Shown here piece by piece: positions 27,001 through 37,777 of a stretch of 64,000 nucleotides of DNA (its first letter is position 1; each line of letters begins with the position of its first letter). The notes below the pieces were generated by a model. That model saw only the letters and a program-made list of their open reading frames with translations. It made no database searches and was not told the origin of the DNA. The DNA comes from Azolla caroliniana (lineage: Eukaryota; Plantae; Polypodiophyta). Made by a program: the position numbers and the translations under genes. The stretch is taken from positions 10,230,001 to 10,294,000 of the forward strand of contig JBHGNT010000010.1 of the NCBI GenBank assembly GCA_043228905.1, read 5' to 3'.

Positions 27001-28102
27001 CTAATTAGCTATCATGGTAGCTATCATGGTCACTAATTAGCTATCATGGTAGCTAATTAGCTAATTAGCTACCATGATAGCTAATTAGCTACTATGATAG
27101 CTAATTAGCTACCATGATAGCTAACTAGCTAGCAGTACAGCTAATTATCTGGTAGTACCTAAATTAGCTATTGAGAATAGCTAATTAGCTATCATGGTAG
27201 TAACTATTGAGAGTAGCTAGTTACCTATGTAGTAGCGATCCTTGTAGCTAACTGAGGTAAATGTAACTGATAAGCTAATTAGCTTTTCTGCTAACTGAGC
27301 TAATTAACTTTCCGAGTAGAGTCAAAACAAATGTTGAGATAAATGTAAATACCTGAGGTACATCAAGAAGATGAATGGGATGCTCCTCGTATTGATTTCT
27401 TCCAACACGTTTCCTGCATAAATCCTTTTTATTGGGTGAAACCCTACTCTCATTAGTCCAAAACATTGTGATTACATCCTTGATTTCAAATGTTATGGGT
27501 GTCATTGGCTTACATCTTGTAGTTAGCTTTAGTAGACTAGTTCCTTCACCCGAGGAAATTATACGGTTCATTGTATTGTACACTGTTTTTCTACTAACAC
27601 CAATTACCTTAGATAGCTCACTGATGTTTATATCGTCAACATCACTATTAAGTAACATCATTAGACTAGACCTTTTTAAGACAAGATCATCTTCTGACCT
27701 GCTCATGGATACGAAACTATTACGAAGATTATTTACTAAAATAGATGATATGTTTGCATTAAGACCATCACAATCAACTAAGTCCTTTATCGATGGATCA
27801 TTACATATTCCATAAAGTACTACCTTCTTTTCTTCATTGCTGATGTGCTTGGTTTGAACATTGAAATAGTCTACAACCTTTCTCTCTATGATGGTAGTCG
27901 CATTACTTACATTCTCAGCTAAACTATCCTTACCTTTACTGAGTGTGGCTTTCGTATCCTTCAACAATTGACGATGTTTCCTTTTTTTTTCTGCCCAATA
28001 GTTTCGTATGGCTTGTTGTGTCCTGATAACATCATCCCTATCCTTATGATCATTGAGGGGTAATTCTAAACACCCTTCTTCCCCTTCCATTTGGCTAGAC
28101 AT
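24035..28102 (-). pseudogene. Sola2-type DDD transposase, two exons (28102-27353, 25876-24035), ~863 codons, one in-frame TAG at 25286-25288
   Basis: Phase-0 GT-AG intron 27352-25877 joins ...PIHLLDVPQ to VDLFIRFKRMHP...LKPHFV. Catalytic region VDFAENY...QSMHW...ISDD..HD...WSDGAASQFK...FFGSGHGKGEHDGAGAVIKR; C-terminal CFCFHC...C. ORFs 25286-25849 and 24035-25186 share a frame. Confidence 0.88.
25905..27300. repeat. Second TAGCTAATTAGCTA array (~20-bp period) inside the transposase intron
   Basis: Units TAGCTAATTAGCT-ATCATGG/-ATTCTAG/-GTCCTAG; linker orientation flips around 27050-27120. Confidence 0.95.
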
Positions 28103-28440
28103 GTTAAAACCCTAAATTTCCAGAAAAAAAAACAAGTATTAAAGATGGCTATGGGCAACAACAATACACAAAAATATTCCACACAATACACAAGATTAGA
28201 CACAACAATACACAAGATAATCAATAGACAGAAAAGTTATTGCAATCCAAGACCGAACAGTAGAGGATTTCACTCTGTTGGATCCAACAGTTGAGGAGGC
28301 GATCCAAGACCGACCAATGGCAACAACTGAGTGTAGAATGTTGCCGTTGGATGAGTGAACTCCGTCAAATCGAAATGTGGAAGCAATCCGGGACTGGACA
28401 GTAGTGGCAACTGAGTATAGAATGATGGCAATGGAGGAGA

Positions 28441-29255
28441 GAACCCCGTCAGATTGAACAGTTACCGATGATGCTTGAAACGCACATAGAAGGCACTTGA
28501 GAATAGAGTGGCATAGAGAAGAGAACCCCGTCAGATTGAACAGTTACCAATGATGCTTGAAACGCACAGTAGCGGCCCCTGAGTGAGAGTGGAAAAGAGA
28601 AGAGAACCCCGTCAGATTGAACAGTTACCAATGATGCTTGAAACGCACAGTAGCGGCCCCTGAGTGAGAGTGGAAAAGAGAAGAGAACCCCGTCAGATTG
28701 AATAGCTCTTTGATTATGCTTGGAACGCACAGTAGCAACCCCTGAGTGTAGAGTGGCAAAGAGAAGAGAACCCCGTCAGATTGAACAGCTCTTTGATGAT
28801 GCTTGGAACGCACAGCAACGGCCCCTGAGTGTAGAGTGGCAAAGAGAAGAGAACCCCGTCAGATTGAACAGCTCTTTGATGATGCTTGGAACGCACAGCA
28901 ACAGCCCCTGAGTGTAGAGTGGCACAGAGAAGAGAACCCCCTCAGATTGAACAGCTCTTTGATGATGCTTGGAACGCACAGTAATGGCCCCTGAGTGTAG
29001 AGTGGCACAGAGAAGAGAACCCCCTCAGATTGAACAGCTCTTTGATGATGCTTGGAACGCACAGTAATGGCCCCTGAGTGTAGAGTGGCACAGAGAAGAG
29101 AACCCCGTCAGATTGAACAGCTCTTTGATGATGCTTGGAATGCACAGTAGTGGCCCCTGAGTGTAGAGTGGCACAGAGAAGAGAACCCCGTCAGATTGAG
29201 CAGCTCTTTGATGATGCTTGGAACGCACAGTAGCGGCCCCTCAGTGTAGAGTGGC
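28441..29255. repeat. Tandem array of 10 units of 81-83 bp upstream of the transposase
   Basis: GAACCCC(G/C)TCAGATTGA recurs at 28441, 28523, 28604, 28685, 28768, 28851, 28934, 29017, 29100, 29183; more degenerate units from ~28310. Confidence 0.95.
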
Positions 29256-30188
29256 GGCAGGTGGACTCGATAGGGTTTAGCAACAGTGGTAGCAACTAAC
29301 CCACAGTACTCAACTAGAGATGGCCTACGTGATGTGGCAAAGGATCATGCATAATGGACCTAGGAATTCGATATATAATTTATGGTACACATTTATGGTG
29401 CACACATCAATTTATGTTGCACATTTATGGCACTCATTTACATATGTAATTAAAACACTCTAGTATTTTCAATGGTAGTTTTTTGCATACTTAATTTATT
29501 AATGATGGCTTTTTACTAAAATGACTATTTATCAATGGTAGCTTTTTGCATAGCTAATTAGCTATGTCAAGGACATAGCTAATTGTTTCCACTCGCATGC
29601 TTTCACCCTATAACTGTTGTACAGAGAGTGAGAGGGAGAGAGAGATACAAAGTGATACTCTATTGTAACCACTACTATGTGAAGAAACAGAGCTCGAGGT
29701 TGTTGCCTCCGAGTCTCTGATTGTACCCCTTCTCTTCATAGTGATAGTTTGGAGTCCTTGGGCTCCTGTGGTTTTTTCCCTATTAGGGTGTTTTCCACGT
29801 AAACATCTTGTGTCACTTTCTTGTGTACTCTCCACTTCCCATTTCTGTTTTTGATTCTTATAGTAGTGAGTTATTACTCAGTTGTGGCCGAGCGATATTC
29901 TGCGTGCATTTCTCAACAAACTGGTATCAAAGCAAGCAACACAGAAAATGGAAGAATCTTACAACGGCATGTTCAAGCTCACTGGCTCCAACTACTTAGT
30001 GTGGAAGTTGAGGATGAGGGACATGCTGGTGGTTAAAGATCTTTGGTTGTTGGTTCAGTTAGCGGACAAGAGACCGGACAAGATCGACTCCACGGTGTGG
30101 GAGGTGATGCACATTAAGACAACGGCATACATCCGGTGCTTCATCGACATGAGCTTGTACAACAACTTCAATGAAGTGAGCATGGCTC

Positions 30189-33100
30189 TGTCGAATACAT
30201 GTGTATAATGGACGTATTCACACTATCCCGTTTTGGCCATTTATGTAATTAGCATAAAGGGTAGTTGCCCTAAGTCGGTCTCTATATATAGTGACCTTGT
30301 AACCTCTTTGTGAGGTTGGATGTTGTATTCTTTATTTATGCAATAAGAAAGTCTTTTGTGTCTCTCTCTCTCTCTCTCTCTCTCTGTGCAACGACCTACC
30401 TTCTGTCATACGCAGGTACTAAGAACAGAACTGAATGCTCCTTGATCTTCCGCATTGACGACCTCGCTTCCAACATCTGGTATCAGAGCGAAGGTTCGGC
30501 CGTCATCACCGCCTGCACAGCATTCGGTTCTTCACTTCATCTCGGCCTGCACAGTATTCGCGTCATTCGAAGAAAGAGAGAAGAAGAACAAAAACGAGGT
30601 TTGCATCTCATCGCGTTAGATCCTCTTGCTTGGAGTAAGCCTTCAGGTTGTACTCTGTTCCTTGTGATCGTAACCACTCGAGGTGAAATCCCCTTGTGCA
30701 ACATCGACACGATCGTGCTCCACTCGGTTAAACGGCATCCGAAGAGGTAATCAAACGCTGCTCGTTGTAACCACTCGGTGCAGATCGGTCTCAAGACAAC
30801 AACCCCAAATTCGTGCTTCATCAGGCTGATCGACATTCGAGAGGATCAGTTGGATCTATCTCTCTCGTCGCTGCAGTCAACCGAAGCAGAATCGGTCCAG
30901 ATAATCGGTTTCAATAATCGGTACTCGGCACATATATCCGAAGCGAACCGGGCTCACTCCGACTCGGCAACACTCGGGAAGACCAGTCGGCTCTGTCCCT
31001 CAAGTTACCGGAGTCAATTCGAGCAAGTTCCGAAGCCGAACCGACTCGGGTTCAAATCCGACTAGAACGATATCGGGTGAGCCAACCGGCTGCACTCCAA
31101 CAAGGTTCACAGTCAACTCCGAACCGAGCTTCGTCAACAGAAACCGAATTTGATGGCATCAACATCTGGCTCGTCAGAAATGAGTCTACGAAAGTTCGAT
31201 GGATCGAACTTCAACTTCTGGAAGGAACAAATGCAGGACTATCTCATAGTCAAGGGGCAAATCGACCCCATCGAAAATGAAGAACCTCCAGAAGGATACA
31301 AACCAATTGAGTGGCAGAAGCTGGACAGAATTGTCCGCGCCACGATTCGGATGCACCTATCGGAATCGGTATACTTTACGGTGCAATCGTGTACGACAGC
31401 ATTCGAACTGTGGAAAACACTGTCGGACACTTACGAAAAGAAGGTCGCCGCAACGAAGATGTTTCTGATCCGGCGCCTCTACAACTTGCGGATGAAAGAA
31501 TCCGATTCGGTTCAAGCACACCTCAATGAGTACGAAAGCATAAGCTCCCAAATCTCGTCACAGGGGACGGCAATCGAGGATGAACTCAGAGCAATGATAC
31601 TCATGAGTAGCCTTCCCTCATCATGGGAAACTTTCGTCACAACCGTGTGCAACGCGTCAACCACGGCTGTTAAATACTCCGAAGTCACGAGCGCAATCCT
31701 GACCGAAGCAGCTCGGAGAAAGTCTTTCGCCAAAGACTCAACAGACGACGCTTATGTAGTACAAGGTTCGACAGACCGATCGAACATACGAGGAAGAGAC
31801 TCCTCACGACCGCCGAACAATCAGCGAAGACGGAGCCAGTCACGGGATAACCGAATCTGCAACTACTGCAAGAAACCCGGACACATCAAAGCCGACTGCC
31901 GCGCACTCAAGAACAAGAATGACAAGTCTCAGAGATCAGACAAGAAGAGTGGCCGGCATGAGGAGATCAATTACGTCAGCTTCTCAGCTGATGTACTACC
32001 GGACGACCCGAATATACTATCAATCGAAAATCCAGTCGGATCAGAAGTTCTGCTCACGACTGAAGAATCGAGCACATGGCTCTTAGATTCGGGCGCGTCA
32101 TTTCACGTGACTCCTCATCGATCCCAATTTCGGCAATATACGATCCGTCACTCCGACTCAGTTCGGGTCGGCAACTCGCAACACTGTGACATCATCGGAA
32201 TCGGCACAGTAGAGCTCAACCTTGCCGGCGGCTCTACACTTGTACTCCACAATGTCCGACATGTACCCGAGCTCTCACGGCCATTGATCTCAGTCGGGCA
32301 ACTAGATGAAGACGGCATTCGTGCCGGTTTTTCTTCGGGAGGGTGGACACTCCACAGGGGGAACCTCCTGCTTGCTAGAGGACCCAAGATACACTCCCTG
32401 TATCCGTTACATGTTACGCTCAGAGAGGGTAACCTGTTCTTGGTGGATATTCCTGTGTCATCATTATGGCACCGAAGACTGGGACACCTCAGCAAGGCCG
32501 GCATCACGCATCTATCTAGAGCCGGATACATCCCCAAACTCTCCTTCTCCGACCATCAATTCTGCGAGCATTGCCAGTATGGCAAACAAGCAGCCGCATC
32601 ACACCCGACATCAGCACCAAGAGAAACGAGACCTCTCGATTTGGTCCACTCGGACGTCTGCGGCCCAATGCCGCATCAGTCTCTAGGCGGTGCCTCTTAC
32701 TTCGTCACTTTTATTGACGATTCGACTCGAAAGGTGTGGGCTTATCCAATTCGCACCAAAGATCGGGTCTTCTCGATCTTCACCGATTGGCTCGCTATGG
32801 TAGAAAATCAAACCGACCGAAAGCTGAAATGCCTTCGAACCGACAATGGGGGAGAGTTCAAATCCGAAGAATTCGTCAAATTCTGCCGACAACGCGGCAT
32901 CCGACGTGAATTTACCGCACCACACAGCCCGGAGCAAAACGGGATTGCCGAACGCATGAATCGGACAATCCAAGAACGGATAGTTTCCATGCTCCAACAC
33001 TCCGGACTGTCGGATGGCTTCTGGGCAGAGGCTCTACTCACGGCAGTACACATAATCAATATGTCGCCAAGTAGACCTCTAGGACTTCAAATTCCTCAGG

Positions 33101-35662
33101 AACTATGGATCGGCAGTAAGCCGAATTACGACAAGCTGAGGATCTTCGGATGCGAGGCGTACGCCCTTATTCCGAAAGATGATCGCCGAAAACTTGCTCA
33201 TCGGTCCAGGAAATGCATTTTCCTTGGATATGGATCCGACGGCGAAATGGGATACCGACTCTGGGACCCCGAACGCAGACAAATCGTTCGAAGTTCGGAC
33301 GTTGTGTTCAACGAGTCGGCTATGAATCCATCAGTCGAAAAACCGATCGAAGTCCGAAGGGTAACATTCTCCGATGTGCCGACCCTTCAAGAAGGCCCCG
33401 CTCTCAACACACGGTCAGCTTCACGGGTAGCTGAACCTTACACTACCGACTCGGACAACTCCGACTCGGCACAGCCGAATGATTCGCTTTCGGACCATCC
33501 GACCACGATACCCGATGCGACCAGTCCAATCATACCTCGACGATCCGAGAGACTGTCGCAACCTCCGGAGAGGTATTCTCCTGGAATTTTCTTCACCGAC
33601 GCCGGCGAACCGACGTCTTACGAAGAAGCATCGACATCTGTCGATTCCGCCACCTGGCATCTGGCGATGGAGTCGGAAATGCACTCCATTCGGGCAAACA
33701 AGACTTGGGATCTGGTCGAATTACCTAGGAACCGACGTGCTCTTCCTTGCAAGTGGGTTTATCGACTAAAAGAGACGTCTGATTCGACCACCCCAAAGTA
33801 CAAGGCCAGATTAGTTGCGAAGGGCTTCCGACAAGAATATGGCGTCGACTTCGACGAGATTTTTTCACCAGTGGTGAAAATGACAACCCTTCGTTTCCTA
33901 CTCGGCGTAGTGGCAGCCGACAACTTGGAGCTGATTCAGCTAGATGTCAAAACAGCATTCCTCCATGGTGATCTTGACGAGGAAATTTATATGGAGCAGC
34001 CAAAAGGCTTCGTGGCAACCGGCCAAGAACATCTAGTCTGCCGACTCAGGAAGAGTCTATACGGCCTCAAACAGGCACCGCGACAATGGTACAAGAAGTT
34101 CGACGACTTCATCCAATCGATCGGCTTCTCCAAAAGCGATGAGGACCATTGTCTCTTCACCAATACAGCTCAAGATGGATCACCCATCTTCCTCATCATT
34201 TACGTGGACGACATGCTAATTTCTGGACGCCACGCGGGCGAACTTGCCGATCTCGTTCGGCAACTGCGGTTGAAGTTTGCCATGAAGGACCTCGGTCCGG
34301 CACGACACATCCTTGGCATGAAGATTAGTCGGCATCGCGATAAACGACATCTTTTTCTGTCTCAGACCGACTATATCCGACGTGTCTTAGAACGCTTCAA
34401 CATGCAATCAGCCAAATCTGCTTCAACCCCGCTCCCTATGAATCTTCGGCTCTCTCAGCGAGACTGCCCGACATCCGGTCCGGAGGGGGAAGATATGAAG
34501 TCGGTACCGTATGCACCGGCAGTCGGCTCCCTTATGTACCTGATGGTCGCGACACGGCCTGATATTTCTCACGCCGTAGGAGTCGTTAGCAGATTCATGC
34601 ACAATCCTGGCCGATCGCATTGGAACGCAGTCAAGCATGTGTTCAGATATCTGGCTGGCACAAAAAACCACGGCATTCTTTTCGGTCCGAACCGAACCTC
34701 AGGCGTAGTCGGTTACACCGACTCGGACTTCGCCGGCTGTATAGACAGTCGGAAATCTACAACCGGATACTGCTTCAAATTCGGCAATGGAGCAATCTCG
34801 TGGAAGTCGAAACTTCAGGAGTGCACAGCGACCTCAACGACCGAAGCAGAATATGTAGCTGCGTCCGACGCAGCAAAAGAAGCTTTGTGGCTCGGTCGGC
34901 TGGCGCACACGTTTCGACAAGTCGAACATGACTCGGCTCCAGTTGTCTACAGCGACAGTCAAGGTGCTGTTGCCTTGTCGAAAAATCCGGTTCACCACAA
35001 CGCCTCCAAGCATATCGACGTTCGATATCACTTCGTTCGGGACTGCGTCATTTCAGGGAAAATCGGTTTAGAGAAAATATCCACAACCGACAATGTCGCA
35101 TATGGAATGACCAAATGTCTTTCGGCAGACCGTTTTCGGTCTCTTCGGCATCAGATGGGCGTAACGACAAACCAGTCCGGTTAGAGCCGGACACAGAGCA
35201 GGATGGTTCCCGACAACCGACATCAGTTCCTTAATGATCGGCTTCAACACGTCCGACCCGACCAGTTCGGTCTTCTGCCTTCGGACCCTGCCGACTCGAA
35301 CAAAGCTGTTATGTCCGAGAACCTAAGTCTATACCTGTAATCTTAGATAACCCATGTATACGCCCATTACGGGGGAGTGTCGAATACATGTGTATAATGG
35401 ACGTATTCACACTATCCCGTTTTGGCCATTTATGTAATTAGCATAAAGGGTAGTTGCCCTAAGTCGGTCTCTATATATAGTGACCTTGTAACCTCTTTGT
35501 GAGGTTGGATGTTGTATTCTTTATTTATGCAATAAGAAAGTCTTTTGTGTCTCTCTCTCTCTCTCTCTCTCTGTGCAACGACCTACCTTCTGTCATACGC
35601 AGGTACTAAGAACAGAACTGAATGCTCCTTGATCTTCCGCATTGACGACCTCGCTTCCAACA
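30189..35662 (+). mobile_element. Young intact Ty1/Copia element C, inserted in gag of B
   Basis: LTRs 30189-30475 and 35378-35662 appear identical except for (CT)n length; exact TSD GGCTC; PBS TGGTATCAGAGC 30478-30489; PPT GGGGGAG. Confidence 0.97.
31153..35184 (+). CDS. Copia Gag-Pol polyprotein (Gag, CCHC, PR, IN, RT, RNase H)
   Basis: Uninterrupted ORF: CNYCKKPGHIKADC, LDSGAS, HSDVCG/RTDNGGE/NGIAERMN, YVDD, YTDSD...TEAEY...SDSQ. Confidence 0.97.
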   Translation: MASTSGSSEMSLRKFDGSNFNFWKEQMQDYLIVKGQIDPIENEEPPEGYKPIEWQKLDRIVRATIRMHLSESVYFTVQSCTTAFELWKTLSDTYEKKVAATKMFLIRRLYNLRMKESDSVQAHLNEYESISSQISSQGTAIEDELRAMILMSSLPSSWETFVTTVCNASTTAVKYSEVTSAILTEAARRKSFAKDSTDDAYVVQGSTDRSNIRGRDSSRPPNNQRRRSQSRDNRICNYCKKPGHIKADCRALKNKNDKSQRSDKKSGRHEEINYVSFSADVLPDDPNILSIENPVGSEVLLTTEESSTWLLDSGASFHVTPHRSQFRQYTIRHSDSVRVGNSQHCDIIGIGTVELNLAGGSTLVLHNVRHVPELSRPLISVGQLDEDGIRAGFSSGGWTLHRGNLLLARGPKIHSLYPLHVTLREGNLFLVDIPVSSLWHRRLGHLSKAGITHLSRAGYIPKLSFSDHQFCEHCQYGKQAAASHPTSAPRETRPLDLVHSDVCGPMPHQSLGGASYFVTFIDDSTRKVWAYPIRTKDRVFSIFTDWLAMVENQTDRKLKCLRTDNGGEFKSEEFVKFCRQRGIRREFTAPHSPEQNGIAERMNRTIQERIVSMLQHSGLSDGFWAEALLTAVHIINMSPSRPLGLQIPQELWIGSKPNYDKLRIFGCEAYALIPKDDRRKLAHRSRKCIFLGYGSDGEMGYRLWDPERRQIVRSSDVVFNESAMNPSVEKPIEVRRVTFSDVPTLQEGPALNTRSASRVAEPYTTDSDNSDSAQPNDSLSDHPTTIPDATSPIIPRRSERLSQPPERYSPGIFFTDAGEPTSYEEASTSVDSATWHLAMESEMHSIRANKTWDLVELPRNRRALPCKWVYRLKETSDSTTPKYKARLVAKGFRQEYGVDFDEIFSPVVKMTTLRFLLGVVAADNLELIQLDVKTAFLHGDLDEEIYMEQPKGFVATGQEHLVCRLRKSLYGLKQAPRQWYKKFDDFIQSIGFSKSDEDHCLFTNTAQDGSPIFLIIYVDDMLISGRHAGELADLVRQLRLKFAMKDLGPARHILGMKISRHRDKRHLFLSQTDYIRRVLERFNMQSAKSASTPLPMNLRLSQRDCPTSGPEGEDMKSVPYAPAVGSLMYLMVATRPDISHAVGVVSRFMHNPGRSHWNAVKHVFRYLAGTKNHGILFGPNRTSGVVGYTDSDFAGCIDSRKSTTGYCFKFGNGAISWKSKLQECTATSTTEAEYVAASDAAKEALWLGRLAHTFRQVEHDSAPVVYSDSQGAVALSKNPVHHNASKHIDVRYHFVRDCVISGKIGLEKISTTDNVAYGMTKCLSADRFRSLRHQMGVTTNQSG

Positions 35663-36981
35663 GGCTCATGAGCTCTAGGAGAAGATCGGCATTATGTTTC
35701 AGAACAAAAATGTTGTTAATTGGGTTTCAGTATTCCAGAAGCTAGCGAGGCTCCGGTACCGAGACGACTCTAGTATGGTGGAGCACATGAATGCCTTCCA
35801 GGGGCTGATACACCAAGCAATGTCGTTGGAAGTACCTCTCGCCGATGAGGTACTTGCTCTACTCCTGCTCTGTTCCCTCCTGGATAGCTGGGAGATGTTA
35901 GTTGTCACGTTGGGCAATGCCGGGCTGGAAAGAAAACACCTATCCCTAGCAAGAGTCAAGTCGAGCTTGCTAGATGAGGAGGCGCGTCAGAAAGACAAGG
36001 AGGTGATCTCCGACGCCAAAGCCTTCCTTACCGAATCGGTACACGGAAGACAAAGGAATCGGAGGCCCCAGAATCGGGAAAAGTCGGGGACAAGGTCAAA
36101 GTCAAGGGGGAGGCCCACTTGCTTCTATTGCGGCAAGCCGGGGCACTTCCAGAAGAACTATCGGCATTTCCGGAAGGACAAGGGAACCGATAGTACAGAT
36201 TTGAAGAAGTCACCAGACCGAAATGGTTTGGATCGGCAAGGCCCGGACCGGAAGGGAACGACGACGATTGCGGCAAGTGAAGAAGAACTAATTCTCATCA
36301 CCGAGGAGAGTGAGTTGAACCTTGCCGTCAACGAGACAACGTGGGTTGTCAACTCCGGAGCATCGTTCCACCTTACCCCAGACCGGAAATGCTTCTCATC
36401 CTACAAAGCCGGTGAGCACGACTGTGTCCGGATCGGGAATGAAGGGACATGTCGAATTATCGGCATAGGAGATGTGCTGTTGACGACATCAACCGGATGC
36501 AAGTTGCTGTTGAAGGATGTCTGACATGTTCCGGATGTTCGACTGAACCTGATATCATCCGGTCGGCTAGATGATGAAGGCTACACAGGTAGCATCCGGA
36601 ACGGTGTCATGAAGTTCTGCAAAGGGAGGTTAATAGTGGCTCGAGCCCAGAAGTTCAACACACTGTACTTGATGAATGCTTGGATATGCCGGGAAGAAGT
36701 GAACGTAGCATCTGACACTACCGGTGAGCTGTGGCACAAAAGATTGTGTCACATGAGAGTGAGAAGGGGATGAAGAGGATTGCCGAAGAAAAATTCATTC
36801 TAGTGAAGGACGTGCAACTTGAGAAGTGGACCGATTGCTTGGCTGGCAAGCAAAAATGCACGTCCTTCGGGTCAAGACCACTGATGAGACGAAATGCACC
36901 ACTAGAGTTGGTGCATACTGATGTGTGTCAAGTTGACACGAAGTCACATGCTGGATCGGGAGTACTTCGAGACGTTCATAG

Positions 36982-37777
36982 TGTTAGGAAACAGGTCCCT
37001 CCGGATGGGAAGTGAGAAGAACAATACTGATGAGAAAACTCGGTCGAGGCCGAAACCGGATGAGGAATACCCAGCTACGGAAGACCCGGTGAGAACCAGA
37101 TGACGAGTACCTGGCTATGGAGAGCCGGATGTTGCAGACCCGGTGAGAACCGGATGACGAGTACCCGACTACGGAGAGCCGGATGTTGCAGACCCGGTAA
37201 GAACTGGATGACGAGTACCCGGCTACGGAGAGCCGGATGGTGCAGACCCGGTGAGAACCGGATGACGAGTACCTGGCAAGCGCTGGATGATGCAGGCCCG
37301 GTGAGGAGTGCTCACCGGATGAAGAGACATATTCGTAAATATGTTTCTGAGAGTCCATCGTGGCTATATTTGTAAATAGCCGAAAAGTCATATTAGTATA
37401 AATATGACTTAGGGAAAACTTTTGTTAGAGAGAGCGAGAGAGTTGTCATTCTTGTTGGCGCTAGATTAGAGTGCAACAGTGTATAGAGAGAGTGAGAGGA
37501 AGAGGTCATTGCCTCTGTTGTAACCGCCGCCTGTGGCGAAGATCGTGAGCACGAGGTCGTTGCCTCCGTGAGCTCACTGTTGTAATTATTGTTACATAGT
37601 GATAGTTAGCAGCTAGTGGACTGTTGTGGTTTTTCCCTCTCAGGGTTTTCCACGTTATTAAACATCCTGTGTACTCTTCTCCCCATTGTATCGTGCTATC
37701 ATTTCCCGTTTTTTGTGTATGATTCTAAGCTCGGTTGTGGCCGAGTGTTGCGCATAGGGAATGAGCAGTTCCTAACA
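36982..37777 (+). mobile_element. Solo LTR with internal ~54-bp tandem repeats, inserted in the integrase region of B
   Basis: TGTTAGGAA...TTCCTAACA; exact TSD CATAG; repeats of GATGACGAGTACCCGGCTACGGAGAGCCGGATG at ~37060-37290. Confidence 0.92.

Larger units (their letters stand above)
17723..29608 (-). mobile_element. Sola2-type DNA transposon, ~11.9 kb, with accessory genes
   Basis: 25-bp TIRs GGGT(A/G)AAAGCATGCGAGTGGAAACA (17723-17747, 29584-29608); TATA duplicated at 17719-22 and 29609-12; interrupts the 5' LTR of B (3' LTR is empty); transposase motifs DFAENY, SDG..SQFK, HGKGEHDG. GRG termini and a 4-bp TSD fit Sola2. Confidence 0.88.

Noticed and set aside
28449-29228. Series of 60-93-aa ORFs (MRSKHHQRAVQS...)
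   Set aside because: Artefacts of an 83-bp repeat cycling through reading frames.
28441-29255. CRISPR-like or box C/D guide-RNA array (TGATGA...CTGA in several units)
   Set aside because: No unique spacers. Unit differences are mostly C/T and G/A transitions expected from methylation decay, box C is imperfect in several units, and no Nop-domain or Cas protein is nearby.
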